From contig CP066690.1 in NCBI GenBank assembly GCA_016432465.1, forward strand, positions 122,702-186,701: a stretch of DNA of 64,000 nucleotides, given 5' to 3'. A model generated the notes under the pieces. It worked only from the letters and a program-made list of their open reading frames with translations. It made no database searches and was not told the DNA's origin. The translations under genes were made by a program, and so were the position numbers. The stretch comes from Candidatus Sungiibacteriota bacterium (GTDB lineage: Bacteria > Patescibacteriota > Minisyncoccia > Sungbacterales > HO2-52-23). Shown here piece after piece: positions 25,972-35,990 of this stretch. Each line of letters opens with the position of its first letter. Within the stretch, counting starts at the first letter, position 1.

Positions 25972-27873
25972 TTATTTAAACAGCGCTTCAATCCGTTTAG
26001 CGATGGATTCGGCGTCTAGTTTGTGATATTCCAGCACCTCCTGATTCTGACCGCACACGGGAATTTCCTCTACCCCAAGATTAACAACTTTGGGGTGAAT
26101 CGTAAACGCCTTAGCAACGGCGCTGGAAAGTAATGTCCCCTGCCCCAAGGTAACATAGTGATCGTCAATTGTTATTATGATACGAAAAGAAGCAAGATGC
26201 TGAAGAAACCATTTCTCGTCAACCCGATTTAGCCAAGGAAAATTGATAACGGCGGCTGATATTCCTTTGAACATAAGAAGATCGGCGGCTTTTACAGCTT
26301 CGCTAAGCATCACCGGGCCATAAGCAAATATGGCCGCATCTTTACCGTCCCGAAGCACTACTCCTTGCCCTATATGTAACTCGTATGTTTCCGGTAACTC
26401 GTACGGAGTCTCGCAGGGAATACTAACTAGTCGGATATAGGTTGATTCCGGATTTTTCTCAACGGCCCAGCGCAGGGTCAACCGCGTTTCTTTTTCATTA
26501 CAGGGTTGGATAAGCGTCAGGCCCGGAATAGCGCCGAGTGCCGAAATTCCGCGTACTGACTGATGAGAGTGTCCGGGCGTTCCCGGAAGAAGTCCGGCCA
26601 GCGAACCTGTATAAATAATTTTTGTCTTCTCCGTAGCGTTGTTATAAAAATGTTCGTTGGGGCGGGTAGAAAGAAAACACTCAAAGGAATGCACCACAGG
26701 AAGCATGCCCTTAAGTGCCATACCTCCAGCCAGAGACACCATGTCCTGTTCGGCAATGCCGCACTCAACGTAGCGTTCCGGAAACTCTTTTTTAAATGGA
26801 ATAAGGCCGGTATCCAACACCAGGTCTGCATCCATCGCAACGACCTCTTTTCGCTCACTCGCTATTTTTACAAGTTCGTCTGTATAAGCGGTTATAAGTT
26901 TCTGCGCATGGGGCGCTGGCGCGACTCGGGGCGGTATTTCTTTTGTTTCCAAAACAACCGGCGCTTCGCCCCAAACAGCAAGATGATTGTTGATGCGATC
27001 CGTAAGTTCTTTTACGGCCGCCTCGTAGTGCTCAGGACTTGGTGCGCCGCTATGGAATTTATAAAGACCGTCTTCTCCTAACCTTTCCATAAACGACACC
27101 CCTTTCCCTTTAATGGTATCCGCAATAAGAATTTGGGGCCGATCTTGGACGCTTTTGAAGTGCGCCAAAATTTCGGCAAGTTTATGAAAGTCGTGGCCGT
27201 CGGAACGAGCCACTACCCACCCAAAGGATCGGAATTTATCTTCAAGGTTTCCAAGATCGCTGGTTTCTTTTATATGACTATCGGACTGCATTTTGTTGTG
27301 ATCCACAATTACGGTAATTTCTGCAAATCCGCCATTTACAGTTGGCTGCAAAGACTCCCAAACTTGGCCCTCCTGCAGTTCTCCGTCGCCGGTAAGCACG
27401 TAAAGCCTTCCGGACTTTCCTTGGAGTCTATTGGCCAGAGCCATTCCGCGCGCTTTAGAAATCCCCATGCCTAAGGAGCCTGTGTTGGCCATCACGTAAG
27501 GCGTGTCTATATCAGGGTGTCCGGGCAGACCGCCAAGACGCCGTAACTTATGGACGTATTCATACGGTAATTTCTCAAGGCCAATTAGCAAAGAGTATAA
27601 TGCCGGCGCGTCATGGCCTTTGGAAGAAAAGTAAGTGTCGCTAGGATTTGCGTCCTTGTCATTCGGGTTTTGCATCTCCTCCAGCCACAACCAGGTCAAA
27701 ATATCCATACAGCTAAAACTCGTTCCTATATGTCCGGAACCGGCCTCCATAATCATGGAAAGAGTATTTAGCCGGAAAACATCTGCCAGAATCTGGGCGC
27801 GCAAAAACGGGTCCGTGATTATCTCCCGGATACGACTCATTTCCCGAGGTGGAACATATTTGATATTTATCAT
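25972..27873 (-). CDS. tkt: Transketolase (single-chain)
   Basis: SGHIG, SKGH, LPGHP, TGSLGMG, GDGELQEG, KGKG, GIAEQ, HSHQ. Start likely ATG 27873. Confidence 0.9.
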   Translation of the reverse strand: MINIKYVPPREMSRIREIITDPFLRAQILADVFRLNTLSMIMEAGSGHIGTSFSCMDILTWLWLEEMQNPNDKDANPSDTYFSSKGHDAPALYSLLIGLEKLPYEYVHKLRRLGGLPGHPDIDTPYVMANTGSLGMGISKARGMALANRLQGKSGRLYVLTGDGELQEGQVWESLQPTVNGGFAEITVIVDHNKMQSDSHIKETSDLGNLEDKFRSFGWVVARSDGHDFHKLAEILAHFKSVQDRPQILIADTIKGKGVSFMERLGEDGLYKFHSGAPSPEHYEAAVKELTDRINNHLAVWGEAPVVLETKEIPPRVAPAPHAQKLITAYTDELVKIASERKEVVAMDADLVLDTGLIPFKKEFPERYVECGIAEQDMVSLAGGMALKGMLPVVHSFECFLSTRPNEHFYNNATEKTKIIYTGSLAGLLPGTPGHSHQSVRGISALGAIPGLTLIQPCNEKETRLTLRWAVEKNPESTYIRLVSIPCETPYELPETYELHIGQGVVLRDGKDAAIFAYGPVMLSEAVKAADLLMFKGISAAVINFPWLNRVDEKWFLQHLASFRIIITIDDHYVTLGQGTLLSSAVAKAFTIHPKVVNLGVEEIPVCGQNQEVLEYHKLDAESIAKRIEALFK

Positions 27874-27983
27874 TTTGGTTATTATCTCAATATAACGTTT
27901 ACTCCCCCTTCGTAGTATCACTGTCCAGAACAAAATTAAAGGGCTCCTAACGGGGCCCCTAACTTGGCTTTAAAAATAATTTA

Positions 27984-28679
27984 CTAACCCTTCTTGCGGG
28001 CAACAGAAACCTGTGCAGCAAAATGCTCCGCGGCTTCGGAAATCTCTTTCCAAGCATTACGACTCACAACATCCTGTTTGACCATTCCTCCGCTAATAAC
28101 AAACAAGTAGCCTTCCTGTAAAAACCAAGCAGCATTATCAAGATTGATGCCGCCGGTTACGGCAAATCCAGTCCGCGGAAAACATCCCCGGAATTGTTGC
28201 AGACGTAAAGTACTATCACGGACATCAAGCGGGCTTGGCATAAAAAGTTTTATCGCTAACGGATTATAGGGTAGAAGGGAACGTACTTCTTCTTGTGTTT
28301 CCGCGGCCGGCATCACTAAGATACCTTTAGTGTTGGCAGCTTTCACGACTTCTATGGCTGCGGCATTACTTACCACAAACTGAGCGCCATAAGCATGGGC
28401 CAAGCTTACGTCTTCTGCTGTCTGCAGCGTACCGCATCCAATCAAAAATCTTGTGCCGGCCAAAGCTCTTCGTATCTCACGGATCGCTTCAAAACGTCCT
28501 ATGGGAATCTCACTCAAAACGGGTCTATAAAGAATTTCCATGGCAGGGATTCCGCCCTCCAGTAAAGCACGAGCAATTTCAACGTAGTTTCCAACGGTTG
28601 TTTCTACGTTAACAGTGGGGAGTACCCCCACTTTTGTCAGGCGCTCCAAAACCGCAACCCTTTCCGGCCAACTTGTCAT
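27984..28679 (-). CDS. KDPG/KHG aldolase family protein (divergent)
   Basis: ALLEGGIPAMEI, IGCGT, GAQFVVS, IKLF, TGGINLDN; SD GGGGGAG before ATG 28679. Confidence 0.8.
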   Translation of the reverse strand: MTSWPERVAVLERLTKVGVLPTVNVETTVGNYVEIARALLEGGIPAMEILYRPVLSEIPIGRFEAIREIRRALAGTRFLIGCGTLQTAEDVSLAHAYGAQFVVSNAAAIEVVKAANTKGILVMPAAETQEEVRSLLPYNPLAIKLFMPSPLDVRDSTLRLQQFRGCFPRTGFAVTGGINLDNAAWFLQEGYLFVISGGMVKQDVVSRNAWKEISEAAEHFAAQVSVARKKG

Positions 28680-28825
28680 CCCCAACTCCCCCTTTAAGTG
28701 AAAAACAGCTAAAACTAGCTGTTGCACATAAATAACTAGGTGTCAATGGTTGACACTGGTGCAAAAAACTGGCGTGTAAATACGCCAGTCACTGTAGGTG
28801 TTGCTGAAAGCAACACTTGGCCTTT

Positions 28826-29575
28826 TTAGCCCCTCCAGCCCGGAGGAGGCACGCAGCCACTCTGGCCTGGAAAAGGATTGGGGTCGTAAATTTTCGGACG
28901 ATTCGCAAGATCAATACCCTTGGCCTTCAGCCCCTCACGGTCATCGTAATAGATCGTGAGAACGGCATTCGGCGTCTCGGTTGCCTTATCAAAGCGTACT
29001 CGAACAACCCGATGCCCAACCTGATGACCAAAACCAGTACCGATGTTCTGCGCTCGCCCCTGAAGCTCCGACAAACCAGACGTGGTGCTCTTGACAGAGC
29101 GCAACTTCTCGCCAAACCTACGGGTCACATTCGGCTCATCCATAAAATAGTAGTCCGGCCGCACAGGAACTGGCGGCTTTTCGTAAAACACGGCACAGCC
29201 AATGACTCCCACATCTGTCGGCTTACCCATTTGAGCCGCATACGATTCCCCGAAGGTGGTTGAAAACAAAAACTGGGCAACGGTTTCATCGTTTAGGCGC
29301 CACCCGGGAATGACAATGCTAGAAAAACCATCTACCACATAACCGCTTGACTTATAATTTCCGGTTTTCCCATCCATGACTGAAAGCCCATCAACTGTAA
29401 TTACGGCCAAAAGTCTCCGAGCAGAATGGTTATGAAATTGTAAAGAGTAGGCAGAACCCTTTCTCCCTTCTACATAGGTTCTACCTTCGTGTAGGTACTC
29501 TTTAATCGCACTGCCATAAACCAGCACGTCTAACTCAAAACCCCCAAAACCTTCTCCGTAAAACCAATGCTGCAC
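28826..29575 (-). CDS. Conserved-looking hypothetical protein of unknown function
   Basis: Long ORF with motifs YVEGRKG..YS, VITVDGLSVMDG, GYVV, IPGWR, SYA, GVIGCAVF, IGTGFG; SD GAGGAG before GTG 29575; own promoter and terminator. Confidence 0.75.
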   Translation of the reverse strand: MQHWFYGEGFGGFELDVLVYGSAIKEYLHEGRTYVEGRKGSAYSLQFHNHSARRLLAVITVDGLSVMDGKTGNYKSSGYVVDGFSSIVIPGWRLNDETVAQFLFSTTFGESYAAQMGKPTDVGVIGCAVFYEKPPVPVRPDYYFMDEPNVTRRFGEKLRSVKSTTSGLSELQGRAQNIGTGFGHQVGHRVVRVRFDKATETPNAVLTIYYDDREGLKAKGIDLANRPKIYDPNPFPGQSGCVPPPGWRG

Positions 29576-29700
29576 TGGTTCACTCCTCTCCGGTGGACTT
29601 CTGCCCGGACCACCCGGGACTTCTGCCACCACTGGAGTTTTTAACTCCAGCGATCTGGAGGATGATGACATCCTTCCAAGTCGCTGGAGTCAAAAAATTC

Positions 29701-29833
29701 AATAAATCCCCCCACCTTCCCAGCAGGGTATTGGACCCCGCGGGAAGGATTTCTACGGCGCCCATTCGTCCCCGCAGCAAGGGAAGTCTGACTTCTCAAG
29801 CTGCGGGGTATTCTAGGAAGGTGGGGGGATAAA
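29701..29833. mobile_element. MITE-like palindromic element, copy 2 (intergenic, within a predicted 5' UTR)
   Basis: About 8-9 differences from 2841-2972, counted by eye; TIRs at 29707-29723 and 29813-29829. Confidence 0.9.
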
Positions 29834-29857
29834 AGAGCCAGACCGTATATTACTTAG

Positions 29858-29886
29858 AGTATAGCAAATAAAATAATCCCTGTCAA
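29858..29886 (-). promoter_or_regulatory. Sigma70-like promoter with extended -10
   Basis: TTGACA-N17-TATACT with TG at the extended -10 position. Confidence 0.78.
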
Positions 29887-29893
29887 TTAAAAA

Positions 29894-29919
29894 AATATAC
29901 CGCCGCAGGGCGGTATATT
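29894..29919 (-). terminator. Intrinsic terminator after the aldehyde dehydrogenase gene
   Basis: AATATACCGCC-GCAG-GGCGGTATATT with adjacent A-run (U-tract on minus). Confidence 0.75.
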
Positions 29920-29922
29920 CCT

Positions 29923-31377
29923 TTAAAATTCCCTTGTTGAATGATAATCTATGCTCACCTGTTTCCATTCCGAGTAAAAATCCAGAGCAGCAAATCCGGG
30001 CTCGCGCCAGCCATTGCCTGAAATTCCTAACCCCCCAAAAGGAACATGCGGCTCTGACCCATGCGTAGGGCCATTAACCCGCACTACTCCCCCTTGAAAC
30101 TCGTTAATAAATTCCTGCGCCCGATCCATATTTTTGGTATGAATAGCGGCGGTAAGCCTAAAGGGTGAGCTCTTGGCCAGCATCACTGCCTCGCTAAAAT
30201 ACTTCGCCCTATAAATACAGACCACCGGCCCAAAAAGTTCGCTTTGAGAAATGTCATCATCAGGAGACACACTGGAAATTACAGTTGGCTCCATAAAATA
30301 TCCGGGTCTATCTACTCTGTTACCGCCAGAAAGCAGTTCTGCTCCCCGCGAAACTGCAGAATTAACCGCTTTCAAAATCGCATTTAGGCGCGGCTCGCTA
30401 ATAATAGCGCCGAAATCATCAGTATCGTTAGTTCCCGCCCGCAGCTGTTTTACCTTTTCCAAAAATAAACGCAGAAAATCATCATAAATGGTATTCATCA
30501 CAATAATGCGGCTGGCCGCGGCGCAGCGCTGTCCGGCGTCCACAAAAGCTGACTTGACCGCCCACTCCACTGCCCGATTAAGATCCGCGTCGTCGCAAAC
30601 CACAAAAGGATTCTTTCCTCCAGCCTCTATAAGAACTTTGGCCAGACGATTGGCTGTTTCTTTTAGTATGAATCTGGCTGTTTCTACCGAGCCCGTAAAA
30701 CTGACAAATTTAACATTGCGGTCAGCAATCAGCGGAGCCCCAACGCCGCTTCCCGATCCTTGCACTACTGATATCACATCAGCCGGCACACCCGCTTCCC
30801 TAAAAATCTTGGCGTACAAAACCGGCGTATAGGGCGTGTATTCGTGGGCCTTGATCACCACAGCGTTGCCGCAAAGAAGCGCGGGAAAAAGCTTCCAAGC
30901 AATACCAGCCGCAGGATTATTAAAGGGGGTAATCAGCGCGCCCACGCCCATACTCTGTCGTATCAGAGAAATAGTTCTTCTGTCGGCGCCGCTCGGGAGC
31001 ACTACTCCGTTGTAACGCTGTCCTTCTCCAGCAAAGAAAAATCCGCACTCTACTGCTGCTTCAATTTCAGAACGCGCATCTTTCTTTGATTTTCCGCACT
31101 CCTGCGCTATGACTTCCGCCAACTCCTCTTTTCTCTCTTGAATCAAGAGGGCGGCCTGACGAAGTATTTTGGCGCGATCCAAAACCGGTATTTTACGCCA
31201 ACGTTCATACCCGCGATGGACCCCCCCTATAGCTTTTTCGGCATCCTCGGCTGTGCCCCCAGCCACTTCAGTAAGTTTCTCTCCGGTGGCTGGATCATAC
31301 TTATCAAAAAACTTGCCGCGCTGCGGCTCTGTTTCCCGATCATCAATCCAGTGAAGTACTTTTTTTGGATAGTCCAT
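29923..31377 (-). CDS. Aldehyde dehydrogenase family protein
   Basis: ITPFN, SFTGS, EAGGKN, GQRC, ELFGP, PFGG..SG. Confidence 0.95.
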   Translation of the reverse strand: MDYPKKVLHWIDDRETEPQRGKFFDKYDPATGEKLTEVAGGTAEDAEKAIGGVHRGYERWRKIPVLDRAKILRQAALLIQERKEELAEVIAQECGKSKKDARSEIEAAVECGFFFAGEGQRYNGVVLPSGADRRTISLIRQSMGVGALITPFNNPAAGIAWKLFPALLCGNAVVIKAHEYTPYTPVLYAKIFREAGVPADVISVVQGSGSGVGAPLIADRNVKFVSFTGSVETARFILKETANRLAKVLIEAGGKNPFVVCDDADLNRAVEWAVKSAFVDAGQRCAAASRIIVMNTIYDDFLRLFLEKVKQLRAGTNDTDDFGAIISEPRLNAILKAVNSAVSRGAELLSGGNRVDRPGYFMEPTVISSVSPDDDISQSELFGPVVCIYRAKYFSEAVMLAKSSPFRLTAAIHTKNMDRAQEFINEFQGGVVRVNGPTHGSEPHVPFGGLGISGNGWREPGFAALDFYSEWKQVSIDYHSTREF

Positions 31378-31424
31378 AAGTCTAACCCTGTTTTAGAGTG
31401 CTGTTTAAAACTTGTAGCATAAAT

Positions 31425-33020
31425 CTATCTTGCTGTCCAACCCCCATCAATAACTAAGGCGGAGCCTGTCATGTATGAGGAGGCGTGGTGTGATGCGAGA
31501 AACAAAATAGCCGCATTGTATTCATGCTCTTCGGCCATACGGCCAAGGACGGTACGTTTGCTGTACTCCTTAAGGAAAATCTCGTTTTGTCCGGCATAAA
31601 CGCCGCCGGGAACAAGGGTGTTTACGCGGACCGGAATCCCAGATTGTCTGCAGTATTCCGCAAGCCATCTGGTAAAATTTAAAACCCCGGCTTTGGCCAC
31701 GCTGTAGGTTATGGGTTTATAAAATTCTTCTCCATTTTCTCTACGAAAATCGTACACGGATTGATCCGGAGCAACCAGACCATAGGTGGAAGAAATATTT
31801 ATAATGCTCCCCTTCTTTCCTGATGTTTTAATGTGGCGGATAAATTCCTGCGATACAAAGTGGGCACCGGTTAGGTGAGAATGAAGAACTTCATGCCAAG
31901 CATCTTCCGGATAGTCTTCGTAAGGACCGTTGACGGCCGCAGAAGCATCAGGAGACGCGTCCAGGCCGGCGTTATTTACTAAAATTGTAGGAACCCCAAA
32001 ACGCGCCACCACCTCCCTAAACCCCCTTGCTACTTCCTGCTTTTTAGTAATATCAACTTTATGACAGGAGACAGAGAAACCGCCTTCCTGCAGGGCCCGA
32101 ATTTTTTGACTGGGAATGTCTTTTAAATCAAAAATGGCTACAGCCGATCCTGCCCCAACTAATGCTTTTGTAAATTCGCCCCCCAACCTTCCCATGCCGC
32201 CGGTAACAACTGCTATCTCACCGGTTAAATCAAAAAGGTTTCTGTACAAGGAATCTTTTATTTTTATGTCCAGGTCGGGACGAATTTCTTTGGCGCGTCG
32301 GGCCGCCCTTTCCTGTAAAATGGCCTCGGCGCGTTCAAAGTCTTTTTCCGTATCTATATCTACGGCTTCGTCAATAACGTGATAACGGACCCGGTCTCCA
32401 GCCATAGACTTATTTTCTACTAAAGTTTTCCAGCGTATAGCCGAGGAATCAATGTAAAAATAAGCTCGGGGGTAAGACTGACGAGGCTTGTTGTAGGCAT
32501 CTCTGATGCCGGTAAAAGATTCTGTTAGAAACGGCTCAATAGCGTCTCCTTTTATACGCCACATTTTGTAAGGATGCTTGGCCGGCTCCATAATGGTGTA
32601 AGCAGAATCGGCCGTTGGATCGTCCAACAGCAGTTTAATCGTTGCGTCAACATCTTCGGTGCGGCAAATAGGAGAAGTGGGCGGAAGACGAACAATAACA
32701 TCGGCCTTCCATCCCTCGTTTTCTGCCAGCCACACGGCCGCATGATGTAACCAATCAAAATCCGGCACATGATCTTCGGCCAGCTCCTTGGGACGCAAAA
32801 ATGGAGTTTCGGCTCCATAACGCCTTCCAATTTCGGCATATTCCGGGGAGTCGGTTGATAAAACTACCCGCGTAAGGTATTGGGAACGTTTGGCCGCCTC
32901 AATGATCCAAGACAGAAGCGGTTTCCCTAAAAGCGGCTTTATGTTTTTGTGCGGTATGGTTTTGGAACCGGAACGCGCTCCAACTACTCCAAGAATTTTT
33001 AGATTTTGGAACTCGGTCAT
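31425..33020 (-). CDS. neuA: Fusion: CMP-nonulosonate synthetase (NeuA) + SDR oxidoreductase
   Basis: N-terminal ARSGSKTIPHKNI, STD, PFLRP, PTSP, DIDT; C-terminal TGGMGRLG, NNAG, SSTYG, YSVAK, IDGGWTA. Confidence 0.9.
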   Translation of the reverse strand: MTEFQNLKILGVVGARSGSKTIPHKNIKPLLGKPLLSWIIEAAKRSQYLTRVVLSTDSPEYAEIGRRYGAETPFLRPKELAEDHVPDFDWLHHAAVWLAENEGWKADVIVRLPPTSPICRTEDVDATIKLLLDDPTADSAYTIMEPAKHPYKMWRIKGDAIEPFLTESFTGIRDAYNKPRQSYPRAYFYIDSSAIRWKTLVENKSMAGDRVRYHVIDEAVDIDTEKDFERAEAILQERAARRAKEIRPDLDIKIKDSLYRNLFDLTGEIAVVTGGMGRLGGEFTKALVGAGSAVAIFDLKDIPSQKIRALQEGGFSVSCHKVDITKKQEVARGFREVVARFGVPTILVNNAGLDASPDASAAVNGPYEDYPEDAWHEVLHSHLTGAHFVSQEFIRHIKTSGKKGSIINISSTYGLVAPDQSVYDFRRENGEEFYKPITYSVAKAGVLNFTRWLAEYCRQSGIPVRVNTLVPGGVYAGQNEIFLKEYSKRTVLGRMAEEHEYNAAILFLASHHASSYMTGSALVIDGGWTAR

Positions 33021-33751
33021 ATGGTGTTAAGCCCCACCCTCCTTCTTAGAAGCTCTTCGGCTATTAAAAAATCTATATCAGAATCAATATCTATAGCATC
33101 GGTTTTGGGTATTAAATGATACCTGACTTTTTTGCCGGCCATAGACTTTTCTTCTACCAGAGTTTTCCAGCGAAGCGCAATCACATCCACGTGCTGATAC
33201 GCCTTGGGGAAAGCTTGACGCGGCATATTATGGGCATCTTTAAAGCCGGTAAATTCTTCTGATAAAAACGGTTCCAGATACTCGCCCTTAGCCCGCCAAA
33301 GTTTATAAGGATGTTTAGAGGCAGAAGTTATCGTCCGAGAAGAATCAGCCAAAGGGTCAGCGATTAAAAGTTTAACACATTCATCAATGTGTTCGGGCCG
33401 GCAAAGCGGAGTGGTGGGCGGAAGACGCAAAATTATATCCGCCTGCCAACCTTCGTTGTCACGAAGCCAAGTCGCGGCATGATACAAAAAATCAAAATCA
33501 GGAACGTGATCCTCGGCCAGTTCCTTAGGTCGTAAAAAAGGCATCTCGGCTCCATAACTTTTAGCAATTTCCCCGTACTCCGGAGAGTCTGTGGAAATTA
33601 TGAGGCGTGTTACGTACCCCGATGCATTGGCCGCCTCAATGATCCAAGCCAGCAACGGCTTACCCAAAAGCGGTTTTATGTTTTTATGGGGTATGGAACG
33701 CGAGCCCGAGCGCGCGCCTACCACTCCCAAAACCTTTAACGATTGGTCCAT
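33017..33751 (-). CDS. neuA: CMP-N-acetylneuraminate/nonulosonate synthetase
   Basis: ARSGSRSIPHKNI, STD, PFLRP, PTTP, DIDS. Confidence 0.93.
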   Translation of the reverse strand: MDQSLKVLGVVGARSGSRSIPHKNIKPLLGKPLLAWIIEAANASGYVTRLIISTDSPEYGEIAKSYGAEMPFLRPKELAEDHVPDFDFLYHAATWLRDNEGWQADIILRLPPTTPLCRPEHIDECVKLLIADPLADSSRTITSASKHPYKLWRAKGEYLEPFLSEEFTGFKDAHNMPRQAFPKAYQHVDVIALRWKTLVEEKSMAGKKVRYHLIPKTDAIDIDSDIDFLIAEELLRRRVGLNTI

Positions 33752-33768
33752 ATGAGATAGAACTAAAC

Positions 33769-34620
33769 TTAAAAATAACTAGTCTCACCTCTTTTTCTCT
33801 CAAAAATATAATTAAATGTTTGTGGCCTTTTTCTTTTATAGGAGTTGGACATAACCAATCCCGCGCTATGCAGCCGTTCTTTAATTTCAGCAGCACCGGC
33901 GAGGGATTCATTAATTTCAATAAGCAGCGATTTCAGGGTGGGACTGGCCAGAGTACGCTCTGCCCCCTTAATAACACGCAGCTCTTCGCCGTCAACATCA
34001 ATTTTTAAATGCGTCGGGTGCGGCAGATTAAATTTTTCTATAAAATCATCCAATCGCCAACCCAACATTGGTTGGCTAAATGCCGGATGCGGAACTCTTT
34101 GGGCAGAAGCAGAAAAGTCACTTAGTTCGTGCAGGGCATGTCCCGGAGAAATATCTGAATAATGAAAATAAAAAATCTCTGTTCTATCGGCCAGCGCCAC
34201 CGGCAGAGGTATAATTTTATCTCCGCACTTATTCAAAATTAAATTCTGGACGAGCGCATCAAAAGTGGAAAATCCGGGTTCAAAAGCATAAATTCTGCCC
34301 TGCCCCGCCGTGACGGTCCAAGCGATCAATGAATAGGCACCAACGTTGGCGCCAATGTCATACAGTATCTCACCGGGACGAAAATTATTTTCAAGCCAAG
34401 CCACAGTTTCCGGCTCTCGCTGACAGGATTTAAGGTGATCAAGTTGACTGTAAGATTTAACTTCCATCACCAACGGTCTTTTGGCGTAATCCAATATGCC
34501 CAGACCCTTCAATGCCCAGGAAAGGGGCCTCCAACCCGACCCTTCTATCATAAACTTAATATTATGCCCCCAAAGCCGTAAAACTCTCCTTAGGGTTTTG
34601 GGGATTAAAAGACGTAGCAT
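33769..34620 (-). CDS. FkbM-family methyltransferase
   Basis: EPET, YDIGANVG, AFEP, KIDVDGEE. Confidence 0.92.
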   Translation of the reverse strand: MLRLLIPKTLRRVLRLWGHNIKFMIEGSGWRPLSWALKGLGILDYAKRPLVMEVKSYSQLDHLKSCQREPETVAWLENNFRPGEILYDIGANVGAYSLIAWTVTAGQGRIYAFEPGFSTFDALVQNLILNKCGDKIIPLPVALADRTEIFYFHYSDISPGHALHELSDFSASAQRVPHPAFSQPMLGWRLDDFIEKFNLPHPTHLKIDVDGEELRVIKGAERTLASPTLKSLLIEINESLAGAAEIKERLHSAGLVMSNSYKRKRPQTFNYIFERKRGETSYF

Positions 34621-34629
34621 ACCTTTAAA

Positions 34630-35982
34630 TCACTTTATTAGAGATATCACTGTATCAAAAATCCGCTGGGATGCGCCCCCAATCGGCCCCACCAAGGTCT
34701 CTACCAAACGCCGCCTGCCCTCTTCGTGAAGTTTGGGATTTTCTAAATAAGTTTTAACAGCCTGAATCAATTCTTTTTCGTTTCGCACTTTCCATACGCC
34801 GCCTGTTTCTTCCACGTCTTTATAGTGCACGGTGTTAGCCAGCGTTACCGAAAGCTTATTCTGCCACGGCAGTTTATCTTCATCATAACCATTAAAAGCG
34901 GCAAGGATAATCGGACGATTAAAAATGGCTGCTTCCAAAGCAATGGTAGAACCAAGGTTTATAGTAACGTCGCTCAACCTCAAAACATTCAGGAGCAACT
35001 TTACATCGTCCCATCCGAACTTGAAATCTTTACCAAAATCAAGAATGGGAATCTTAGCCGCCTCCCCCTGCAAAATAATGTTGTCATTGGGGTGCACACG
35101 TACCAAAATTTGGGCATTGCCAAATTCACCGCGCTCGCACGAGCGCTTCAGCATTAACACATGGTCCGTATAATCACGTTTATTAAGAACTGAAAGCGGC
35201 AGCCCGCCGGTAAAATAAGTTATCCAACGCTTGCCCGGATCCAGATTAAAACGTGCGGCCAGCTCTTCTCGTGACATGTGCCAAGCTGAATCAAAGTACT
35301 TCTCAAATTGCGGGAAACCTACTATCCTAATCCGTTCTCGGGGATAATCACCCAACTTGGTTGCTTCTTCCACCATATGGGGATTTTGCACCAGTAGCCT
35401 ATCCGGGTGGATTCGCAAAAAAGTCTTGGAAGTAAGATTGTCCCAACTGCGCACCATACCTACAGTAGGAATGCGGCGACGCTTGGCATACTTTAACAGG
35501 GCGGTGTCTTCATCCAGAGTCAAACTGGTACCCATAACAACTGCCGGCCGGTATCGTTCAAAATACTTCTTCCATATCTGATCATCATGCAAAATATAGT
35601 ACTCAAAAGAACGAAGAAGCAATTTCCATATTTTAAAATGCCCCAAGATCCAGATAAAATGCTTGAAAAGATAGTTAATCATAGATCCCCCATTGAGGTA
35701 GGCGCGTTTTTGACGAAACTGAATGGTGGGAGTGGCAATACTGGCATAGCAGATAAGATTTAAAAAACGCCGCAGGGGCTTTTGGGCTGTTTGAATATCG
35801 GGAACCGGCTCTATTGTCTGGTTTTTTTGCGAGAATTTATTTTTACAGAACTCGTACTTAACCGCCTCCACAAAAAACACCACCCGCATATCCTGTTTTT
35901 CCTGAAGAAAACGGTAAAAATCACTTACTAAAAAATTTCTTATTTCCAGCCCGGTTAAGGCCGTTACAAAAATTGTTCTCAT
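34630..35982 (-). CDS. CDP-glycerol glycerophosphotransferase-like GT-B protein, putative nonulosonate transferase
   Basis: SWDNLTSK, GFPQF, RVHP, STIALEAA..RP; next to neuA. Confidence 0.65.
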   Translation of the reverse strand: MRTIFVTALTGLEIRNFLVSDFYRFLQEKQDMRVVFFVEAVKYEFCKNKFSQKNQTIEPVPDIQTAQKPLRRFLNLICYASIATPTIQFRQKRAYLNGGSMINYLFKHFIWILGHFKIWKLLLRSFEYYILHDDQIWKKYFERYRPAVVMGTSLTLDEDTALLKYAKRRRIPTVGMVRSWDNLTSKTFLRIHPDRLLVQNPHMVEEATKLGDYPRERIRIVGFPQFEKYFDSAWHMSREELAARFNLDPGKRWITYFTGGLPLSVLNKRDYTDHVLMLKRSCERGEFGNAQILVRVHPNDNIILQGEAAKIPILDFGKDFKFGWDDVKLLLNVLRLSDVTINLGSTIALEAAIFNRPIILAAFNGYDEDKLPWQNKLSVTLANTVHYKDVEETGGVWKVRNEKELIQAVKTYLENPKLHEEGRRRLVETLVGPIGGASQRIFDTVISLIK

Positions 35983-35990
35983 AACAAAAT

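Noticed and set aside
28817-29263. 148-aa plus-strand ORF and the many other short antisense ORFs in the track
   Set aside because: Fully overlap well-supported minus-strand genes and have no motifs
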